From positions 4,216,001 through 4,280,000 of the forward strand of contig SMSO01000034.1 in the NCBI GenBank assembly GCA_004764695.1: a DNA stretch of 64,000 bases, written 5' to 3'. The notes under the pieces are model-generated. The model did no database searches and was not told where the DNA came from. It was given only the letters and a program-made list of their open reading frames with translations. The position numbers and the translations under genes were made by a program. Positions 41,718 to 53,140 of this stretch are shown piece by piece; the first letter of the stretch is position 1, and each line of letters starts with the position of its first letter. This DNA comes from Schizochytrium sp. TIO01 (Eukaryota > Protista > Bigyra: Labyrinthulomycetes).

Positions 41718-43493
41718 TCAACGAGTCTGCTGAGCATATATAAGATGAACAGCCCTTCTTAATGAGGCTTCTTTGCATAGAGGATCAAGGAAGGTAAAGT
41801 AACATAAAGTTACTCCAATGATCGCTATAGAAAGAAATAAAACGACAGCAGCTTGCATCTGCTCTTCTGGTGGTGTTTCGGTGTCTTCGCCAGACTTAAT
41901 AAGACCTGCGCCTAAAGAGTTGAGGCCACCAGAAATGGCCCACCAGTTCAAAGCTAAAAGGGGAGCATTGATAATAACCGTGCCGATATTTACCCAAAGA
42001 CGAACATTAGAAGCCTGAACACCGTCATAAAGAAATAAGAACCCATCAACAAGAGTGTGAAATTGCACAACGAAAGGGCGTACCATGATGAAAGCGAGCA
42101 TTGAAATGATAATTCCAACTGTACCTGCGATCAAATATAAACCTATGGTTCCACCTGTAAGAGTGATCAAAATACCCCCAATGGCAAGCAGCCAGAAGTT
42201 AAATTGGCGCCCCCCCTTTTGAAAATTAGATGTTTGGTTTGAAAATACTGGCGCATCCATGGATCCTGAACATCGATAAATCCTTACACAAAGAAAGACA
42301 AAAACGATTAGTGCTGCAACGCCTACGATTGCCGTGCCCAAGAAACCATCAAGGTCAAGAATCAACACTGCCAAAAGAGCGTTGTAAGCTTGTTGCGGAA
42401 CTGCGAGTACCACTATAATGAGGACAATAAGGGCTTGTTCATAAGCTGCCATTTTCCAAACCCACATAACGAGTGGCTTACCGTCATCTGCGATCACATC
42501 AACAATGTTCTGTTTGAGTAAATCAAGATCGTGGTAGAGTAGGAGAAAAATGAGAGAATTCAGAGCAGCTATAACTATGACTAAAGTCCAGCGTACAATG
42601 TCCATGTCCTTGACCACGGTGTAAAGAGCCCCAAATACTGCACTTATAATAAGAAATGAAAGCTGGAGATAGACAGCAAGAGAGTCTGCCGACGCTGGTC
42701 GACGAAGAACACCATGTGACCAATCTTGACCTGGAAATACGAGGTCAAGACCTTGGACTGTGCGAAGCCAGTGGGGTTGGGCCATTTCCCGCAAGGAGTC
42801 CCCGATTTGATTCCAGTAAGAGTATTGAAAACTTTGAACAGCAACCAATGCCCCCAATAGGTATACTGATGGCTCAAAAACAGCATAGAGTAGTATAGCC
42901 ATAATTGGGTAGACAATAATTGCGATGAAACAAGATATACCATATCCCTTGAGTGCTGCAACTGTGAGATTACGACTTGTGAATGTGGTTGAGTGCTGCA
43001 ACCAGCGATAGATCTGCGGTGAGGTAGAGGAAGCAAGGAATTCTACCGCAACTTCAACCGTTGTTAATAAAAGAGCGATTTTGACATAGCTTATATTAAG
43101 CTTCTGAGCCATCTGAAGGGATTCAAACTGCATTGCTTTACCAACAATCCATGACAGCGAGTCGATTGCGGCTAAGGAAAAGAGCAACTTGGAACTGTTC
43201 AAACGGCCCTCCACTATAGCTTGTGGCGCTAGATCTTTGCTTGGAACAGTCGTTTGTTCTAAAATAGGTTCTGAGTTATGTTGCAACACGACTTCGACCT
43301 GTTGCTCACCAGATCCAGACTGAGCAGCGCATCCACAATTGTCTTTGGAAATACTCTCCAAGCTTCCTTCTCTACTTTGGAAACGACTCGTGCCTCTTGG
43401 GAGACTCACACCCACATGTAATGTGAGCAACCCAAGCACAACTTTGGATGTCCATCTTAATGTCCCAGGTTCAGGCTGTGAACCAGAATGCAT
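41718..43493 (-). CDS. Multi-pass membrane protein (~12-13 TM, possible MFS-like fold), function unknown; start uncertain
   Basis: ~590-aa ORF from the first ATG (43493) with many hydrophobic segments; no family motif recognised. Confidence 0.7.
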   Translation of the reverse strand: MHSGSQPEPGTLRWTSKVVLGLLTLHVGVSLPRGTSRFQSREGSLESISKDNCGCAAQSGSGEQQVEVVLQHNSEPILEQTTVPSKDLAPQAIVEGRLNSSKLLFSLAAIDSLSWIVGKAMQFESLQMAQKLNISYVKIALLLTTVEVAVEFLASSTSPQIYRWLQHSTTFTSRNLTVAALKGYGISCFIAIIVYPIMAILLYAVFEPSVYLLGALVAVQSFQYSYWNQIGDSLREMAQPHWLRTVQGLDLVFPGQDWSHGVLRRPASADSLAVYLQLSFLIISAVFGALYTVVKDMDIVRWTLVIVIAALNSLIFLLLYHDLDLLKQNIVDVIADDGKPLVMWVWKMAAYEQALIVLIIVVLAVPQQAYNALLAVLILDLDGFLGTAIVGVAALIVFVFLCVRIYRCSGSMDAPVFSNQTSNFQKGGRQFNFWLLAIGGILITLTGGTIGLYLIAGTVGIIISMLAFIMVRPFVVQFHTLVDGFLFLYDGVQASNVRLWVNIGTVIINAPLLALNWWAISGGLNSLGAGLIKSGEDTETPPEEQMQAAVVLFLSIAIIGVTLCYFTFLDPLCKEASLRRAVHLIYAQQTR

Positions 43494-44867
43494 TTGTTGT
43501 TTCTCGTGCTTATCCACCAAAGCATGAATTCCCGTGCCTATCTTTGCAAGCTGGGCTTGGTTAAGAGCTACCTCTCTTCACATTCAAGTGATGCTTTTCG
43601 TGCGTAATCCAGGTCAGGGTTTGTGCTGGACCTGTTTGGTATAGGCGCGTCTGTGTGTGTGCAAACCCGTAAACGTGTCACTGCCCACGTCTCCCGCAAT
43701 AGGCCTAGCTTAGGAAATGGAGAGCTCCAGAACGTATGAAGAGGTTCTGGGGTTCTGATTAACGTCTTCGTCTTCTAGGATGTCGTTCGCAATCCAGCTC
43801 AAGGTAAGCGAATTGGAGAAACTGGTTTGCTCATCTGTGCAGTGCCATAATTCTATGTCCCGGTAATGTTAGCATATCTCATAAAAGGTTGCTATATGTG
43901 GTTTCCTCTAACCAAGCTTAAAGCACACAACTATGCAAAAGTATCATACTCGTCCGCCTTGCCATACCGCAATGATACCTTTGCAACTGCATTTAAGAAT
44001 TTAATAATATGTATGGACGGTAGCTGTAGCTAAACAACGTTTCTCAATTAATTCATCAAATACTTGATGTGGACTATTCTTGATTTGTTGAGAGCAACGT
44101 ACCCTCGTTTCTTCACCTCTTCAGTGCTCACTCCTATACTCCTATCGATTTCGCTTTGAACTGGAGTAAATAAATAAGCTAAAAATATTACCCTTTATCA
44201 AGCGCCTAGTATTAGAAGTATTATTCATAGTATCAGTACTAATATTAGTGTTGTTTCTAATATATTTTGTTCATATTAATAGTAATAGGAGTAGTGTATA
44301 TATTTAAAATAAATAAATAAAAAATCAATACAAAACCAAAACTAATGAGTGATTATTTTAGCTCGAGTTTATACCCAAGTTTACAGCAAGATCAATAAGA
44401 GTTGCCTCTGAGAGTGACAAAGTTTGGTTTTCATATTCCAGTACCAGCCTAATAGAATTTTCGACGCTAACTGAAGAATGATTTTGCAGAATGCCCTCTA
44501 TGTAGTTTTACCTTTCAATATGGCATGACGAGCGAGCGAAGAAAATTTATCTTTTCTAGTCTCTTTCTCTCCAACTCAGTGTCCCAAAACTTTAAGCAAA
44601 AGACTTGTTCCATTTCGTTTCAAAAGTTTCTACATAGGTACACCCTAGAGCCTTGTTTTGTTCTATTTTGGAGAAAACTGAGGCTGAGACGCAAAGGAAA
44701 ACCTTTGACTCGAGAATCAATCACCCAAATTAGAAAGAGCTTGCAGTCCTCGATCACGAGAAGGTGCTAGCCGACCAAATCCTCTTGTTCTTCGCGTTGG
44801 CTGTTCTTCGCGTTGGCTTTTAGCAAGTTCCTAGGTGAAGATCTCACTCGCCAATCAGTCTTTGAAG

Positions 44868-45560
44868 ATGGAGAAGATTGGAGAACGCGTTGAAAATATG
44901 ACGCTCTGGGAAGCGACAGGTATTGCGTGCGCGCTTGGACTTGCAGGAGCTGCAGCTTACGCATGGCGCGTAGGCGTCTTTACAAAAATGAAGCTTGAGA
45001 AAGTAAAACGAGAGCCTATGCTGGTCATGGTGAAGAGTATTCAGTGTAATGTCACGGAACTCGGAAGCAAGTACGAGCATATTATCTCTGATGTGAACAA
45101 GGCTCTGCCTGCTGCTCGTGATGGTCACCTTCCCATTGGAATATACTACGACTCACCTTCGGATCTTGAAGATGCCAATCATCTTCGCGTGGACATTGGT
45201 ATTCTGCTGACAAAGCCAATAGATGAGAACACAATGGAAGAGGCCGCGGCTGAGCTAGGCATGAAGGTGATCACAATTCCAGAGGGTGAGTGGGTCCAGG
45301 GCACGTGGAAATTTGTGAACCAGCTTTCGTTCGCCATTGGCCCAATGAAGTTTTACCCCGGTGCTACCGCGATTGCGAAAAATGAAAGCAAAGTCCATGA
45401 CTCTTGGACTGGTTCACTTGAAATCAACCATATGCACGGCAAGGGCTCCTGCCACCCTTCTTACACTGAATATCTTTATCCACTGTCGCAGGTTGTACAA
45501 ATTACGGACATCCCAGTTCCTCGCCGCAAAAGCGATACTGCCAAGACTAAGAATCAATGA
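44868..45560 (+). CDS. N-terminally anchored GyrI-like domain protein (TEX264-like)
   Basis: TM helix GIACALGLAGAAAYAW followed by GyrI-like IGIYYDSP..LRVDIGILL and LSFAIGPMKFYP. Confidence 0.7.
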   Translation: MEKIGERVENMTLWEATGIACALGLAGAAAYAWRVGVFTKMKLEKVKREPMLVMVKSIQCNVTELGSKYEHIISDVNKALPAARDGHLPIGIYYDSPSDLEDANHLRVDIGILLTKPIDENTMEEAAAELGMKVITIPEGEWVQGTWKFVNQLSFAIGPMKFYPGATAIAKNESKVHDSWTGSLEINHMHGKGSCHPSYTEYLYPLSQVVQITDIPVPRRKSDTAKTKNQ

Positions 45561-45860
45561 GTATGATACTACACCATGACCAAATGCTTCTCAGAATAAT
45601 AGTAAAAGTTATATTTTTCTTTGCATCATGATATTGGTGATTGAACTTTGGAATTTTAAAAAACAGACAGGAAGGCTAAAAAAGACACATTTGGTTCATT
45701 CAAGTAGTTTGATATTATGCTGATGTATTTTCTAATGCTTCGGATGCAAGAAGTTCATATATGTAGCAAGAAGCAAAAAAGCATGAGGAAGGGTTGGGAA
45801 AGGCAGGGGCTACTAAGCAGAGCTAGAGATGGGTTGCTGAGCGACGGAAAAGTAGCGTAC

Positions 45861-48677
45861 TTATGAGCGGTAGCCAGCGTTAACCTCAACGTAGGTATCA
45901 GTAAGATCAGCACCGTAGACAACAGTCTTGAAGCCAGAGGACTTGGTCGGGTTAAGGTTGATAGTGATATCAACGGTCTTGTAGTGAGCAGGGTAACCGG
46001 CGGCCTTGGGGAGCTGGCAGTCCTCAAGGTACTTGATGAGCTTGACCTCCTTCTCAGAGTCAAGGTCAAACTCACCGTTCTTGAAAACAAGCTCGTCACC
46101 AACATGGATTGTGCAGTTCTCCGCGACAGACTTGGCAAACTCGGGGTTCACCTTGCCAACGTAGGAGCCAATAGCAGCAATGATACGGCCAAGGTTAGGG
46201 TCGTTGCCAGCAATGCCGGTCTTGCAAAGCGGGGAGTTCACAACGCACTTAGCAATACCGTGGGCAAGTTTGGCAGACGGGGCGCCCTCGACAGTGCACT
46301 TCATGACGTGCTCGGTACCCTCGCCGTTGCGAACAACATCCTGGGCAAGGTCAGCACAGACAGCACGGACGGCAGCGGTGAGAGCAGAACGTTCAAAGGA
46401 CTTGTCAAGAGCCGGGCGCTTGCCACTGGAAAGAAGAACAATCGAATCAGAGGTACTCTGGTCAGCATCGACACTGATGCGGTTGAAGGATCCCTCAGCG
46501 TTGACAGCCTCCTTAAGGCAGTCCTGGAGTACCTGGCCTTCAGCGGTGATATCGGTCATCACGTACACAAGCATGGTGGCCATGTTGGGCTCGATCATAC
46601 CAGCACCCTTGGCAATACCAGTCACACGACCGAGCACGGTTCCAGTCGATGGGTCGCGAATGACAGCACTACGAGACTTCGGGAAGGTATCGGTGGTCAT
46701 GATGGCCTTGGCTGCGGGGAGGATAGACTCGGACTGCATCTTCTCCACGGCGCCAGGAAGAGCGTCAATCATGCTCTTCACAGGGAGGCGCCAGCCGATG
46801 ACACCGGTGGAACTGGGCATGACAGCGGCGCCCTCCTGGAGACCGAGGAGCTCAGCGGTACGCTTGCACACAGCCCTGGCGTCGGAGACTCCGCCTGCAC
46901 GAGGGTGCACGTTGGAGATCTTGTTGTTGATAACGAGGGCACCAAGGGGTTCGCGCTTAGAGAGAATCTCGCGGCACACACGGATAGGGGCTCCCGGGAA
47001 GGCGTTCTGTGTGAACATGGCTCCGTACATGGAGGTAGGCTCGTCAGGGCGGATGACTGTCAGCTTCATGGTAGCCGGGTTGGCGCTCTCCGGAAGTTCC
47101 TCCGGCTGGAACTGGAACGAGGTGATACCGACCTGGAATCCCTCAGGAAGCTTTGTGTGCTCAAGGTCAACAAGTTTCTTCTCGTACTCCTCCACAGACT
47201 TAGACGCGAGTTCCAAAGCAGTCGGCATCTCAACCACGAACTTTTTACCTTCTGCGGCAGCATCATCAGCGCCCTGGATCTTGGGAAGAAGTGCCTTGAC
47301 TTCCTCATCAGTGGGTTCAGGGACGCATGTCATGATGGCATCCTCAATTGCCTCCAATGCAATGTCGAGCTCCTCCTTGGAAATCACGAGGGGCGGGCAA
47401 AGACGTACAACCATGCCTGTGTCTCCGGCGCCAAGCACAAGAACATTCTTGTTCAAGCAGTGCTTGATCACGTCCGACACCTTAGGCGAAGGCAGCTGCA
47501 GTCCAGCGTACAGAGCTGCGTCTCCGAGCGGTCTGCGCACGGCGAGCACACGGTTGCCTACACGCTCTTTGATGGCGTCGAGGCCCTTAATCATGTAGCG
47601 TCCATTCTCGGCGACACTCTCAAGGAAGCCGGGCTTAAGAACCTTATCGAGAACGACGTTAGCAGCGCGAGTGGCAACAGGGTTACCTGCGAAGGTGGAG
47701 CCGTGGGTTCCGAGCCACTTAGCGGGCTCAACGGCATCATAGGTCTTTGCTGCGACCATAACGGCTCCGATGGGCAGACCGTTGGCAAGGGGCTTGGCCA
47801 TGGTCATGATATCGGGGACAACACCGTACTCCTCGTAGCCCCAGACGCGTCCGTTACCTTGGCGTCCAAGACCGATCTGAACCTCGTCAAAGATGAGAAG
47901 TACGCCGTGCTCGTCACAGAGCTCGCGTGCACGCTGCAGAAACTCGCGAGATGCTGGTGTGATACCACCTTCACCCTGAACGGGCTCCACGATGACGGCC
48001 ATGACGTCGGAACCGATGGTCTTCTCGAGCTCAGCGATGTTGTTGAACTCAATGTGGTCCACGTTGGGGATCAGGAGTGGCTTAAAAGGCTCACGAATGC
48101 CGGGCTTGTAGGTGACCGAGAGGGCACCGAGGGTGCGACCGTGGAAGGACTGCTTGAAGCCGATCAGGCGGTCGCGAAGGCCCTCGCCGCGGGAGTTCTG
48201 GACAACGCGCGCAAACTTGATAGCACCCTCGTTAGCCTCTGTGCCTGAGTTACAGAAGAAGACCTTGCCCATGCCCGGAGCAGACTTGACAAGCTTCTCA
48301 GCAAGCTCGAGGCTCGGGCGGGTGTGGTAAAGGTTACTGGCGTGAGCCACCTTGCCCATCTGGTCGTTCACGGCAGCCTGGATATCCTTGTCAGCGTGGC
48401 CAAGGACAGTCACGGCAATACCGGCGCCCATATCGACAAATTCGCTACCATCCTCGCCGTAGATGCGGCTTCCGGAGCCCTTCTCGAACACAAGTCCCTC
48501 CTTCATGCGAACACCGCCGGCGGCGTAGGTGGGCATGATGAAGTTCTTCTCAATGTCCTCAGGGGAGCCGGCCAGACCGCGGAGGCTCTGGTACATAGCA
48601 GAAGCCTTGCCACGGCCACGGCCAAGACGAGCTGCCTGCGAGACGGAGGAGGAGTTGGTTGCCAATCTGCGCATCAT
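45861..48677 (-). CDS. argD-argJ: Fused acetylornithine aminotransferase (ArgD) - ornithine acetyltransferase (ArgJ), 938 aa, with probable mitochondrial presequence
   Basis: ArgD part: FFCNSGTEANEGA, FHGRT, EPVQGEGG, FDEVQ, TMAK (PLP Lys at 47793-47795), HGSTFAGNP. ArgJ part: SSTGVIG, IMTTDT, KGAGMIEPNMATML, STSD, DPNLGRI, NAGYRS. One uninterrupted ORF with an Arg/Ser-rich, acid-free N-terminus MMRRLATNSSSVSQAARL. Confidence 0.95.
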   Translation of the reverse strand: MMRRLATNSSSVSQAARLGRGRGKASAMYQSLRGLAGSPEDIEKNFIMPTYAAGGVRMKEGLVFEKGSGSRIYGEDGSEFVDMGAGIAVTVLGHADKDIQAAVNDQMGKVAHASNLYHTRPSLELAEKLVKSAPGMGKVFFCNSGTEANEGAIKFARVVQNSRGEGLRDRLIGFKQSFHGRTLGALSVTYKPGIREPFKPLLIPNVDHIEFNNIAELEKTIGSDVMAVIVEPVQGEGGITPASREFLQRARELCDEHGVLLIFDEVQIGLGRQGNGRVWGYEEYGVVPDIMTMAKPLANGLPIGAVMVAAKTYDAVEPAKWLGTHGSTFAGNPVATRAANVVLDKVLKPGFLESVAENGRYMIKGLDAIKERVGNRVLAVRRPLGDAALYAGLQLPSPKVSDVIKHCLNKNVLVLGAGDTGMVVRLCPPLVISKEELDIALEAIEDAIMTCVPEPTDEEVKALLPKIQGADDAAAEGKKFVVEMPTALELASKSVEEYEKKLVDLEHTKLPEGFQVGITSFQFQPEELPESANPATMKLTVIRPDEPTSMYGAMFTQNAFPGAPIRVCREILSKREPLGALVINNKISNVHPRAGGVSDARAVCKRTAELLGLQEGAAVMPSSTGVIGWRLPVKSMIDALPGAVEKMQSESILPAAKAIMTTDTFPKSRSAVIRDPSTGTVLGRVTGIAKGAGMIEPNMATMLVYVMTDITAEGQVLQDCLKEAVNAEGSFNRISVDADQSTSDSIVLLSSGKRPALDKSFERSALTAAVRAVCADLAQDVVRNGEGTEHVMKCTVEGAPSAKLAHGIAKCVVNSPLCKTGIAGNDPNLGRIIAAIGSYVGKVNPEFAKSVAENCTIHVGDELVFKNGEFDLDSEKEVKLIKYLEDCQLPKAAGYPAHYKTVDITINLNPTKSSGFKTVVYGADLTDTYVEVNAGYRS

Positions 48678-48739
48678 AATGATCTTAGAGACTGGTTCTT
48701 GATGAAAATACCTCAACAAGAATGCGATAGGTTTGTGAG

Positions 48740-49127
48740 CTGTGAGTTCGGGAGTTAATCAATTTACGCGCGAAAAAGCCCTTCGTTAGTCAAACTGTCG
48801 TGCAATCCTGCGACCACTTAGTTCAAAGTTAAGGATGGGAGAATCTAAGCATAGCTATGCCTACATCAATCAGATCACAGAACATGGGAGTCTATTGAAA
48901 TAATCTTCTTCTATTCTCACTCGTGGGATTCAGGCAGCATCGCTAAGCGCTTCCTCATGGAGTATAAACAGCTATCATGCAATCTTCGTCAAACCCTTCT
49001 ATCCAATTTATCAAAAAATCGTGAACGAGTAAGCTTGCGTGTGCAAACGCCGAAAGCTTGCTTGGTCGCGTGTGTCCTCTCAAGGAGTGCTCTTTTCACT
49101 GCTTATTAGCAATAACATTCAACTTAC
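48740..49127 (-). other. Candidate 5'UTR intron of argD-argJ
   Basis: Minus-strand GTAAGT donor at 49127, GACTAAC branch-like site near 48785-48791, CACAG acceptor at 48740. No transcript evidence. Confidence 0.4.
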
Positions 49128-51020
49128 TTGGAGTTGAGCTGAGCTGAGCTCGCTAACTTTCCCTCGCAGACGACTTGTGCGCGCCTAAGCGAGCGTCAGT
49201 CAGTCCAGTGTTTGCGTGCGGGGCCTTGTCTGCCTCGCGTGCTAGTGCAAGTGCTTCTTTATCTCCGCGCAGCTCGTGAGCTTCGCGCTGGAGAGCAATA
49301 GATACTTGGGTCGATCGAGGTTTGATGATCGAGATAGGGCTCTGCTGCACTGCATCGCCGCCTCTCGTTCACGCCTCTCTTCCTAATCCCCTAATCAAGC
49401 CTAGGCTCCTTCGGTCCCACTCTTGGTACTGCTTTCCGGATATTCCCTGTATTCCCCCTCATTATCGCCCTTCTTCGTGGCGCTTCCTCTCTTTGGATCT
49501 TCTGCCTCTTCTTCCTTCTTTCTCTCTGTCTCTTCTCACACTGTTTCCTCTTTTTTTTTTTTTTTTTTTTTCTAATTATTACATAATAATAATAAAACAA
49601 TACCTCGAAAGTGATTTTCAACTGCTTTCTTAGGAATAAGTGAATATTAAATAAACTCATTAAAAAATTGAAACTTTTATTATTTTTCAAAGCACACTTA
49701 GTAAGTATACCATAGTGCATACCTACCGTTCTTTTGTGCCCTCGCTTCATTCATGAAAATTCATTGAAATACTGAGCGTTGTTTTTATCTTTTGACTTAG
49801 TTTAATAATTTGTTTACCTGCTAAAACATGATCAGCATAAGATACCTAAGTAAGCTTTGCAATCGATACATTGTGTGAATGAGGATTCAAAAAGAGCTTC
49901 CTAGGTCTGCTATGTCTGCTATGTAGATAGATAGAGAGATAGATAGGCAGGTAGGTAGGTAGGTACTAGTTAGGGAAAGAGTCGAAATAAAGGGTCACGG
50001 CATGAAAAGAGTTTGACGAAACTTGAAAGCTCCAAAAACCAGAGCAAAGCTTGGCAAGCTCTCCTCCTCCTCTGATACAAACGTGAGCATCAAAGAGTGA
50101 AGGGCCAACGACGCTCGTATCTCAGGCCTCAGTTCTTCCGCTGCATCGAATTGATCTGATCAATCCACCTCTGCAGTTGTGTTTTCCGTCCTCCCTCATT
50201 GCTTTCAAGTGCTGCCTTTAATTACTCTCCCAAGTTCAACCTGCGAAGAAAGTGACCACAAAACCCATCTCGAACAGATAGAACATTTTTATTTTTTCTT
50301 AATTTAAATATGATAAATAAAATTTTAAGACGGCATAAAATATTAACAACAAACGAAGTAACTTAATTTTTACATCATGATGTAGAGTATAGCCATGGAG
50401 AATCCAGTTTGTTCATTCACTCTTCAGATTCCTCGTCGTTCTCCATCCGTCAGGCCCTTCCAGCTACCTGCAGGTGCCTGGCACCGCCTTCCGCAGAGAA
50501 ACTCCTCGGGAACGGCGCTTCTCAGCTCACGATTTACACTCCATTCGTCGCTCATCAACGGTGCCTCATATCTACATTCCAAAAGAATGAACGATAAACT
50601 TTACAACAACAACCTTTTTTTTTTAATGATGAGGATAAAACAACTATGACAATAACAAAATAGCCTGAAAAAAGAAAAATCAGATTCCTTTCTGTGAGCA
50701 ATAAACAATAAACAACAATCGATCACCGTCGAATGACTCTCTTGAGACTTCGCGATTGTAGCACCTTCTTCTTCTTCTTCTGCGTCTCGAGCCTCTTCTC
50801 GATTGAGTCTGTCTGTTCTATCCACGCGAAGCTGCCGTCACCGCCGCAGCCGCAACTGCAACCGCTGCTCTCCCTGCCGGCCGCGGCCCTCCCTCTGCGC
50901 TCCAGCAACCTTCTTCGCGCCTCTCACCGCGGGAACGGCGCTTGAAGAAGAAGCTATTCGATCTCTGAGCACCGCTTCAGAACCACTGCTTTGGAGTGCT
51001 CCAATTCACCCTTTCAACTC

Positions 51021-51143
51021 TATTGATTGATTGATTGATTGATTGATGTATTGATTGATTGATGTATTGATTGATATATTGATGTATTGATTGATTGATG
51101 TATTGATCGATTGATTGATTGATTGATGTATTGATCGACTGAC
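51021..51143. repeat. Compound microsatellite (ATTG)n interrupted by ATGT/ATCG
   Basis: Directly visible. Confidence 0.95.
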
Positions 51144-51459
51144 GCCTGTTCTAGCCATGCCTATAGCTGGCGCTACGTGTAAATAGCTTTCTACGAAAAC
51201 AAAGATAGTATTATAATTTATTTGATCCACTCATATGTGCTTGTATAGTATGTTCATAATCCTTTTTAATTTCATAATCCTTTTTAATTTTTTAATTTTT
51301 TTTTAACCTTAGTTTTTAGTTTTAGCTTCAATGATATTGTTAGTTTTAATTTTAAAAGAATAATAATAGTGTATTTATTTATTCATTACTTCTTATTTAT
51401 TTTAAATTAATTTTATGTTGGTGTGTTTGCTTTCCAACGGGAGGAGAATAGCAAATGTT

Positions 51460-53140
51460 ATGGCCAACAGTAGCAAGGGCGAAAGCAGCGGAACCACCAA
51501 GGAACGCGAGGAATGGGGACTCGGTCCCATCGCGCATAGCGTGAAGCTATTGGAAACGGTAGGGATTACCAGGAAAGACTGTTTTTGAAGACGATTTAAA
51601 AAAGTTGGTGGATTCCGATGATTTGAATTTCAATTCTGACAATCCTGATTCATTCTGACGACTCTGGCAAAGTTCGAAGGCTACAGAGTCATCAGCGCGC
51701 AGAATTCCTGGCTGCTGCAACGCGGCAATCGATGCGACGGAGAGAATGGATTGGAAGTGGGGAAAGCTGCCGTACAAAGATCTTTGCTGCGGTCGTCGCC
51801 TCAAATGCAGGTGTGCCAAGAGAGACGTGCCGAGTGGCGTTGGATATCTTGAACTCATCACAGGCGAAGCGCAGCGACGAGTCTCTCAGTAAGCAGTGAG
51901 CTGGCAGCTGGTGACACAGGACGAGGCATGTGTGGCCAGGATCACAGCTTGCAAATGATCCAATTCGGACCAATAATACTCATGCGTTGGTTGACAAGTT
52001 GCTCCTCTTACTTACACCTTCTTCTTGAAAAGGCAAGAGTGCTGAGAATGGATTTTCTCTCCATCATCGCCACTATTGACATCATGTCCATACTTTTATT
52101 CACTCGAGAAAGAAGATGACCAATGTTCAATGGATAGCAAGTTCCTCAGCTCAAGCTCTTGCCTAAAACCCTGATCGACGTTACACAACAAATGGTAGGA
52201 CTGCCGGTGTTTTGCTCATCACTCACTTCAAAAACCCGGCGACATAGCCAAATGGCGTTCTTTGGCGTGCTTCAACCTCTGCTTGATGCTGCTAGAGGGC
52301 TGTACATCATGTACAGAGAGGTCTTTCCCATCAACAGCACCAATGTCTCTGTAAACTTGAATGGGTGGCTAAACATATTCACAGATGTTGTCGGTACCTT
52401 GCGGTTTGGAGCCATGACACATGGGAAACATGCTCTTTTGAGCTTTTTGAGCTCGGATTCGCCATGGAAGACGTCAAAATATTGAAGTCACAGAAGCAGC
52501 ATATACTCTCTGTTCTTGCCTGCAATGCTTGTTCTGCATTATGTCACGGTAATGACGAGAATGACCATGCTCAAGGTGATCATGCCATTGAACGATGGCT
52601 GGCGAGATCTTCGAAACGATGCTGGTCGCGTTGGTGTTCCCCGGCATTGCCAGAGAAGCTTCCGGGGACCCACATTGCACGCCGCCCCCTAGCGAGCGGG
52701 GTTTGGAAGCTACAACGGCGGCGTGCGGCAATGGCGGTGGTGATTGCTGCACGATGATTGGTTGAAGCAGGAAGTTCGTTGGCTTGGAGCACAGCTTTGG
52801 GTAGACTTAGCAAATATGATGATTTTGATGATTGTCGTGTTCATCACTACCACCACTGTCCATCATGAATTATAATTACTGGGCAATCAAAAGTAAATTC
52901 GTCTCCCCGATTGGAAGCGGTCAAGAAACAATTTTCACGGAAAGCAGAAGTGTCAGATGGGTAGTCGTAGCGCAATGATAGCCTCATGATCGGTCATACG
53001 CTATAGCAATCCGAGTCTTTTGAGGCCCTCATGAGCATGGTTTGGTGAGAGAATTCATTTGAGCAAGTGGTAACAGCGCGACTCAAGTACAGTAGAAAGT
53101 TGATTCCAGAGTTGCCTTGATGTTTTGACCACGAGAAAAG
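51460..53140 (+). pseudogene. Probable decayed protein-coding relic of unknown family
   Basis: Coding-like GC block between AT-rich flanks that starts at an ATG (MANSSKGESSG). Protein-like fragments are scattered over three frames with many stops. Confidence 0.35.

Noticed and set aside
45984-48248. 754-aa plus-strand ORF (and the 472-aa ORF at 46180..47598)
   Set aside because: Antisense shadow of the strongly codon-biased argD-argJ gene; no recognisable domain.
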